Source: Pseudomonadota bacterium (lineage in GTDB: Bacteria; UBA10199; 2-02-FULL-44-16; JAAZCA01). From it: a DNA stretch of 13,978 nt. Where the stretch lies: contig JAZDOG010000075.1 of the NCBI GenBank assembly GCA_043798915.1, positions 1 through 13,978 of the forward strand. The letters are read 5' to 3'. Positions 1-5,013 of the stretch are shown here, piece by piece. A program made the translations under genes and the position numbers. The notes beneath the pieces are model-generated. The model had not been told where the DNA came from, searched no databases, and was given only the letters and a program-made list of their open reading frames with translations. Every line of letters starts with the position of its first letter. The stretch's first letter is position 1.

Positions 1-54
1 CAGCGCCGCCAAAGCTATTTTCGCCTTCATTGCTGGACCAAATGTCTTGCGCAT
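1..54 (-). CDS. IS3-family transposase OrfA (HTH), N-terminal 18 aa only (runs off the window)
   Basis: ATG at 54-52 with AAGGAG RBS (66-61) 6 nt upstream. MRKTFGPAMKAKIALAAL resembles the R-x-[FY]-x-x-x-[FM]-K-A-K-[IV]-A-L pattern. Not in the ORF track because it is truncated. Confidence 0.8.
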   Translation of the reverse strand, partial: MRKTFGPAMKAKIALAAL

Positions 55-115
55 AACTGGCTCCTTTCTCCGTAGGCTTTTGTTGGATTTTCACACCTTA
101 ATCAAGCCCACTTTT

Positions 116-141
116 TGGTCCAGTTTTTGCCAGCCACTATA
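116..141 (-). repeat. Putative left terminal inverted repeat (IRL) of the IS3-family element
   Basis: TATAGTGG-CTGGCAAAAA-CTGGACCA has the two-block layout of IS3 ends and lies about 60 bp upstream of the transposase ATG. It begins TA rather than the canonical TG. The partner IRR is outside the window. Confidence 0.65.
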
Positions 142-467
142 GGTCGAGCCTCGTCCTCCATGAAGAGTTGTTCTGGAAGAAAGACGAACAGGCAGCAGGC
201 AATTTAATCGATGGTCTTTTCGTCCGCGCTGGCCATTCGCGCTTCACCTCACATAACCGGCGATTTTCCATCACCTTCAGGATGTCAAATAACGGCCATG
301 CCATTTTTGAGGCGATCTGGCAGGACGAAGACGGCAGGATCGGTTTTTTGAGGGAAGTTCCGACAAAAGAGATCGTGTCCTTTCAACACAGGATAACAGA
401 AGCCTGGAAAGTGATAACGGATCGCGCTTCAGGGGGCAAAAAATCGGGAATCATGGGCAATCGCTGA
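142..467 (+). pseudogene. Hypothetical protein, probably the 3' remnant of a gene interrupted by the IS
   Basis: ORF 168..467 has only a TTG start with no convincing RBS. Its frame stays open upstream (SSLVLHEE) through the IS junction at 141/142. No recognisable domain. Confidence 0.5.
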
Positions 468-472
468 TGCGC

Positions 473-501
473 TTGCAGACAGGGTATCTATAATTTATAA
501 T
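473..501 (+). promoter_or_regulatory. Sigma70-type promoter for the nuclease-WYL operon
   Basis: TTGCAG (473-478), 17-bp spacer, perfect TATAAT (496-501), 21 nt before the ATG at 523. A second TATAAT is at 489-494. Confidence 0.7.
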
Positions 502-522
502 TACCGAACTCCGGGGACAGCA

Positions 523-1743
523 ATGAAGATATATTCACATTCGCGGCTTTCGACCTTCGAGAATTGCAGGCTACGCTACAAATTCGCTTATATCGATAAG
601 ATCAGGCGCGGAGAGGATTCGATCGAAGCCTTCCTGGGGCAGCGTTTTCACGATGCTATGGAGAAGGTGTATGCCGAAAGGGCGTTCTGGAAACCCTCTG
701 CGAGCGACCTCAAAGACTTTTTCAATGAGCTATGGGACAAGAACTGGGGCGATCACGTATTCGTCACCCGCAGCGACCGGAAACCCCAAGATTATCGTGA
801 AATAGGCCTCAAGGCCATCGAAGGTTACCACAGGCGGTATGTCCCCTTTGATGAGGGCCGCGTCCTTGGGACCGAGCGCAGGATCGAGGCCGCGCTCGAC
901 GAAACCGGGGACCATAGGGTAATGGGCTATATCGATCGGCTGGTCGAAACGGAGGACGGCCATTTCGAGATACATGACTACAAGACTTCAGGCTCGTTGC
1001 CCGATCAGAAGAAGCTCGATAGCGACAGGCAGCTCGCTCTGTATGAAATAGCCGTGAGGCAATCGTGGCCTGATGTAAAAACGATGGACCTCGTCTGGCA
1101 TTACGTCGTCTTCGACAAGGAGATGCGGTCCAGGCGAACACCAGAACAGCTCGATGAGCTCAAGGCGAGCACGATCGGCCTGATCGACGAAGTAGAATCG
1201 GCAAAGGAATATCCACCACACGAAACCAACCTCTGCCGCTGGTGCGACTATCAGAACATATGTCCGCTTTTCGCGCACGCGGCGCGCACGGAGGAGCTGC
1301 CGGCCAAAAAGTTCCTCGAGGACGACGGCGTGAAGCTCGTCAACCAGCTCGGCGAGCTGGACGCGAAAAAGAGCGCGCTCAAGGCGGAAATCGCAGGGAT
1401 CGAGGAAGAGGAGGGGGCGATCCTGGAGCACGCGATCGACCTCGCCGCCCGCCAGGGCGTCTCGCGGTTCGTTGGCAGCGACCGCGCGCTGACGATCAAG
1501 GAAGAGACGGAGGTCGAGTATCCTGACAAGAAATCGCCCGACCGCGCCGATTTCGAGGCAAGGCTCAAGGAGATGGGCCTCTGGGAGAAGGTAAGCGGGT
1601 TTGTCGCGATGACTTTCAAGTCCCTGGTGCGCAAGAGCTGGGCACAGGAGGGGATCCCCGGTTCGGTGGCAACCTACGTGAAGCTCAAACCGGTGAAGAA
1701 GGCAAAGCTCTCCCGGCGCAAAGATGAAGACTCGGTCATGTAA
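523..1743 (+). CDS. PD-(D/E)XK nuclease, RecB/AddB/Cas4-like, with a 4-Cys Fe-S staple and a C-terminal extension (406 aa)
   Basis: N-terminal YSHSRLSTFENC (C15), G-x-x-F-H, GYIDRL (D138), IHDYKT (D152/K154), QLALY and CRWCDYQNIC (C238/C241/C247). GGGGA RBS upstream. Confidence 0.92.
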   Translation: MKIYSHSRLSTFENCRLRYKFAYIDKIRRGEDSIEAFLGQRFHDAMEKVYAERAFWKPSASDLKDFFNELWDKNWGDHVFVTRSDRKPQDYREIGLKAIEGYHRRYVPFDEGRVLGTERRIEAALDETGDHRVMGYIDRLVETEDGHFEIHDYKTSGSLPDQKKLDSDRQLALYEIAVRQSWPDVKTMDLVWHYVVFDKEMRSRRTPEQLDELKASTIGLIDEVESAKEYPPHETNLCRWCDYQNICPLFAHAARTEELPAKKFLEDDGVKLVNQLGELDAKKSALKAEIAGIEEEEGAILEHAIDLAARQGVSRFVGSDRALTIKEETEVEYPDKKSPDRADFEARLKEMGLWEKVSGFVAMTFKSLVRKSWAQEGIPGSVATYVKLKPVKKAKLSRRKDEDSVM

Positions 1744-1753
1744 CGGAGGAACT

Positions 1754-2725
1754 ATGCCTCGTGGCGACCAGATTTCACGGCAGTGGCAGATCCTGAGGAT
1801 ACTCGAGGCCAGGCGCATGGGCGTCACGGTGCCGGACCTCGCCAAAGAACTGGATAGCCAGGTCCGCACGATCTATCGCGACATGGAGGCGCTAGAGCTG
1901 GCCGGCTTCCCTTTCTCTACGGATAAGGAGGACGGCGTCGAGCGTTGGTTCTTCGTGGAGGGCCACCGCCTGAAGATTCCGATCCCGCTCTCGCTCACGG
2001 AGCTGATGGCGCTCTCCATCGCTTCCGATCATTTGAAGGCCTTCGAGGGGACCGTCTTTTCCGAGGCGCTCAAGGCCGTTTTCGAAAAGATTCGCTCGAT
2101 GCTCAATCCCGAGGCTCACGCTTTTCTCGATGGCCTCGCCAAGAGCTTTCGTGTGGGGCTCACGGGCAAGAAGGACTACAAGAAGCACCGCGAGACGATC
2201 GACGTGATAAACAACGCGGTGCTGGAGCACCGCACCGCCGTCATCCGCTACCAGTCCGGCAAGGGCGAGGCGATCGAGCGTAAGATCGATCCATACCATG
2301 TCTGGTTCATGGGCGGTACGATCTACATCGTGGCCTATTGTCACGAGCGCAAACAACAGCGCCTCTTCGTCCTGGACCGCATCGCCAAGGCAAAGACCAC
2401 CGACGACCGCTTCGAGATTCCCTCCGATTTCAACATGGACGACTTCACGAAGGACCGCTTCCGCGTGATGGGCGGCGAGGAAGTGGAGGTCAAAATCCGC
2501 TTCTCGCCCAAGGTTGCCTACTATGTGAAGGAGCGCACCTGGCACCCGACGCAGAAGATCGCTGACGAGAAGGACGGTTCGATCGTCCTCTCGATGCACG
2601 TCGAAGGCCTCACGGAGGTCAAGAGCTGGGTGATGTCCTTCGGCAGCTTCGCCGAGGCGCTGGAGCCGGCGTTGCTGCGGAAAGATGTCGCCAGTGAGCA
2701 CAAGGCAGCAGCGGGCAAATACTGA
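1754..2725 (+). CDS. HTH-WYL-WCX transcriptional regulator (PafB/PafC/YafY/DriD-like), 323 aa
   Basis: wHTH signature DLAKELDSQVRTIYRDMEALELAGFP; WYL domain RKIDPYHV..IYIVAYCHER..RLFVLDRI; WCX domain ERTWHPTQ..EVKSWVMSFG. The start is taken as ATG 1754 because GGAGGA lies at 1745-1750. Gap of 10 nt from the nuclease stop. Confidence 0.95.
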   Translation: MPRGDQISRQWQILRILEARRMGVTVPDLAKELDSQVRTIYRDMEALELAGFPFSTDKEDGVERWFFVEGHRLKIPIPLSLTELMALSIASDHLKAFEGTVFSEALKAVFEKIRSMLNPEAHAFLDGLAKSFRVGLTGKKDYKKHRETIDVINNAVLEHRTAVIRYQSGKGEAIERKIDPYHVWFMGGTIYIVAYCHERKQQRLFVLDRIAKAKTTDDRFEIPSDFNMDDFTKDRFRVMGGEEVEVKIRFSPKVAYYVKERTWHPTQKIADEKDGSIVLSMHVEGLTEVKSWVMSFGSFAEALEPALLRKDVASEHKAAAGKY

Positions 2726-2788
2726 TCATCCTGCGTTTTTTGCGTAGATAATACTCCCAGTAGGATCGTGCCTTTGGAGGAGAAAGAT

Positions 2789-3283
2789 ATGATGGAAGAT
2801 AAAGTTATCGATGAATCCATCAAATATTTACAAAAAAAGAGGTGGTTGCTCATATATCGGACTTCTAGGTCAAGGCGAGCAGGGGGTGCTGGTGAGCACG
2901 GTGGAGTTGATGTAATTATGATGAAGGACTCTAATAAATTCCTTTTTGCGGAGGCGAAGGGAGACACAAGAAGAAAGACAAAACAAAGCGCAGATTTCAC
3001 GAGTTGTCTGGGTAGTCTGATAAAACGCATGCGGTTGACGCAAGGCTATGGTTTAAATGAAGCCGTCGATGGTTTTGTTGGAGTGACGAAATGCGAACGT
3101 AAAAAACTTCGCGATCTTGTGTTAGAAAAAGCCAGCTTTTCCAATTCTGAATATGTGGTGGCATTCACAGATCAATATGCTGGACGACTCAAAGAATCTG
3201 TGGATTGCAATTTCTTAAAGAAAATCTTGAAAACGACGGTTCTTCTTGTAGGTGCAAACGGTGTCCGTATCTTTCGGGTATAG
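2789..3283 (+). CDS. Small restriction-endonuclease-fold (PD-(D/E)XK) hypothetical protein, 164 aa
   Basis: Acidic first helix (EDKVIDESIKYLQKKRW), then GGVDVIMMK...FLFAEAKG (D...ExK motif). GGAGG RBS at 2776-2780 is 8 nt before ATG 2789. AT-rich (two sampled 60-mers were 37-38% GC). Confidence 0.7.
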   Translation: MMEDKVIDESIKYLQKKRWLLIYRTSRSRRAGGAGEHGGVDVIMMKDSNKFLFAEAKGDTRRKTKQSADFTSCLGSLIKRMRLTQGYGLNEAVDGFVGVTKCERKKLRDLVLEKASFSNSEYVVAFTDQYAGRLKESVDCNFLKKILKTTVLLVGANGVRIFRV

Positions 3284-3308
3284 TTTTTTTTCAAAAACAT
3301 TTATCCTT

Positions 3309-3342
3309 CATGACCTTCCCTGACACGCGCCCCTGATATCAT
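3309..3342 (+). promoter_or_regulatory. Putative WYL-activator box plus extended -10 promoter, copy 1
   Basis: CATGACCTTCCCTGACAC-GCGCCCCTGA-TATCAT: TGAC-N7-GACA, with TGACAC-N10-TA spacing and a TGn extension. Matches copy 2 at 21/34 positions without gaps. Confidence 0.6.
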
Positions 3343-3470
3343 TGCTTCAGCGCGCGGAGCATTGCAAACATGCGCCGCGCCGGGGGACGGCGATGAAGCG
3401 ATCCAACGTCCCGTTTTCCCCCTCTGCTTGACAATACGCCTATAAGCCAGATTAAGCGGCCGCAGAGGGC

Positions 3471-3504
3471 CATGGCCTCAAATGTCACGGCGCCATGGTA
3501 CAAT
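3471..3504 (+). promoter_or_regulatory. Putative WYL-activator box plus extended -10 promoter, copy 2 (upstream of the lipoprotein)
   Basis: CATGGCCTCAAATGTCAC-GGCGCCATGG-TACAAT: TGGC-N7-GTCA, with TGTCAC-N10-TA spacing and TGnTACAAT. Lies 35 nt before ATG 3540. Confidence 0.65.
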
Positions 3505-3539
3505 ACGTAATAGATGATTTAAAACAAAAGGGGGAATAT

Positions 3540-5000
3540 ATGAAAAACATTAAAGTGGCATTGTTTGTCGTAGCTGCACTTGCTTTACTTTCGGCATGTG
3601 GCGGATCAGGAACGAGTCCTGGCAGCAGCAGCGGTGCAACTACTGGAACAGGTACAACTGGCAGCGATGGCGGTGGAACAACGACTGGTGGGACAGATAG
3701 CGGGGGCAGCGGCGGAACAACTGATAGTGGTGTCGCTACTTTGGGGAAGAATGTCAGCTTTGACCTTTCAGATGCGGTGGGCATATTCATGGACCAAAGC
3801 GTCTCGGCTGATGTTAGTGTAGCGAAGGACGCAGGTGGCATTCCGAATAGCAATTCAAAGAAGAGCAATCTGCATAAGTTGAAAAATGATGGGACCGTAG
3901 TGGACTTATTCGTTACAGATGTAAGCCTTTTGATCGACAATTTCTTTATTTCGCCAGATGGCAATCTTTATCTGGTATTCAAGTCAGTAATTTATGTCGA
4001 TACGATTCCTTGTACTCTTGTCATGTTGGGCCAGAATCAAGTCGGCGAATGTGTAGACGATACGTTGGTTTCGGTTGATACTAAGTATCAAAAGCCAACA
4101 GCGCCGATTCAATTCGATAGCAGCGACAATATCTATTACTCGGGGCTTACAAAAGAGGGGAAAAGGGTTCTGCGAAAGCTGATTCATTCATCGAAAAAGA
4201 CAGTTGATTTGATTGACGATAACATTTCAATTCGTCTTTTCTTGGTGCTGCAAGATGGAACTGTCTATTTGGCGGGCACTACTGCATCCACGCAGACATC
4301 GTTTTTTAGGCGAATATTGCCTTCCGGCAAGATAGAGAACTTGATTAATGGGTCGAATCTGCTTTCACTTTATACGCTGCCAGACGGTAACGTCTATGCA
4401 GGTGATTGGGGAATTAGAATGGGCGTGGTAAAGGTAACGTCAGCAGGAGTGGAGGACGACCTTTACATAGGAGAGTTGGGCAATCCCGTTTTCGACACCT
4501 CGTTCAATGAGTACGAGAGCTGCGATTACCGGACTGACAACCCGACAACCTATGCCTCTTTTTGTGGGTACAATGGGACAGCAATCTCTGCGTTCTATAG
4601 ATCGGTTGAAGACGAGGTCTTTGTAGTCGCTGGTTCGGGAGACACAGCGAGCCTATGGCAATATTGGCCGGAGGTGAAGCCCATCAGCACAAGCGTATAT
4701 CGTCCAACCATCGTGAGTGGCACCATGTCAACGCTATTGATTGCAGGATACGACACGAAACAAAAGAACAAGCTCATTGCGTTCAATACTACGAATAGTT
4801 CAGAAGTTGACTTGCTCAAAGGCGTGGACATCGAGATATACCATTTTGGTTACTCAGCAAGCAAAGGAACCGTCATATTTGATGGACTGCGATTCTCAGA
4901 TGGCGTTTATATTGTAGGCTCTATTGATACGGAGAATGGAAATAATCTGACTGTTCTGACCTCCGGCACTGAGTACGAAGATGTCCAGTTCTTCCAGTAA
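3540..5000 (+). CDS. Lipoprotein of unknown function (SPase II signal, Gly/Ser/Thr linker, probable beta-propeller-like domain), 486 aa
   Basis: MKNIKVALFVVAALALLSA|CGGSG with lipobox LSAC. AAGGGGGA RBS before ATG 3540. Low-complexity linker, then recurring strand-turn motifs (ISPDGNLYL, FDSSDNIYY, VLQDGTVYL, TLPDGNVYA). AT-rich relative to the flanks. Confidence 0.85.
   Translation: MKNIKVALFVVAALALLSACGGSGTSPGSSSGATTGTGTTGSDGGGTTTGGTDSGGSGGTTDSGVATLGKNVSFDLSDAVGIFMDQSVSADVSVAKDAGGIPNSNSKKSNLHKLKNDGTVVDLFVTDVSLLIDNFFISPDGNLYLVFKSVIYVDTIPCTLVMLGQNQVGECVDDTLVSVDTKYQKPTAPIQFDSSDNIYYSGLTKEGKRVLRKLIHSSKKTVDLIDDNISIRLFLVLQDGTVYLAGTTASTQTSFFRRILPSGKIENLINGSNLLSLYTLPDGNVYAGDWGIRMGVVKVTSAGVEDDLYIGELGNPVFDTSFNEYESCDYRTDNPTTYASFCGYNGTAISAFYRSVEDEVFVVAGSGDTASLWQYWPEVKPISTSVYRPTIVSGTMSTLLIAGYDTKQKNKLIAFNTTNSSEVDLLKGVDIEIYHFGYSASKGTVIFDGLRFSDGVYIVGSIDTENGNNLTVLTSGTEYEDVQFFQ
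3597..3735 (+). repeat. Low-complexity Gly/Ser/Thr-coding linker within the lipoprotein
   Basis: Encodes CGGSGTSPGSSSGATTGTGTTGSDGGGTTTGGTDSGGSGGTTDSGV, with imperfect GGT(T)DSG units. Confidence 0.7.
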
Positions 5001-5013
5001 TGGTAACCTGACC

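Larger units (their letters stand above)
1..141 (-). mobile_element. IS3-family insertion sequence, left end (continues beyond window start)
   Basis: The minus strand from 141 reads TATAGTGGCTGGCAAAAACTGGACCA (IS3-like IRL), then AAGGAG and an ORF starting MRKTFGPAMKAKIALAAL, typical of IS3 OrfA N-termini. The other end is not visible, so the exact boundary is unconfirmed. Confidence 0.8.

Noticed and set aside
523..1743. CRISPR-associated cas4 call
   Set aside because: No array, cas1 or cas2 in the window, and the protein is about twice typical Cas4 size. Called only Cas4/AddB-like.
1724..1753. ORF-track start of the WYL gene at 1724
   Set aside because: It overlaps the nuclease 3' end. 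The RBS GGAGGA supports ATG 1754.
2768..2788. ORF-track GTG start at 2768
   Set aside because: The GGAGG RBS lies inside this extension and fits ATG 2789.
730..3030. Long antisense or alternate-frame ORFs over the nuclease and WYL genes (e.g. 988..1869 -, 1892..2701 -)
   Set aside because: Shadow ORFs of GC-rich coding DNA, with no motifs and fully overlapping well-supported genes.
3264..3298. T8 run after the REase-like gene as an intrinsic terminator
   Set aside because: Only a 3-4 bp stem precedes it, which is too weak to call.
3359..3395. GCAAAC...GGGACG resemblance to a c-di-GMP-I riboswitch
   Set aside because: The order and pairing do not fit, and the GCAAA-P3 elements that should follow GGGAC are absent.
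3370..3431. Two ATGA-coupled mini-ORFs (MRRAGGRR and MKRSNVPFSPSA)
   Set aside because: At 8 and 12 aa with starts in or between hairpins, they cannot be distinguished from chance without ribosome profiling.
3428..3457. Perfect TTGACA -35 hexamer
   Set aside because: No acceptable -10 at 16-18 bp spacing; TATAAG is only 7 bp away.
3495..3539. ORF-track start of the lipoprotein at 3495
   Set aside because: It overlaps the predicted -10 element. The RBS and signal peptide fit ATG 3540.
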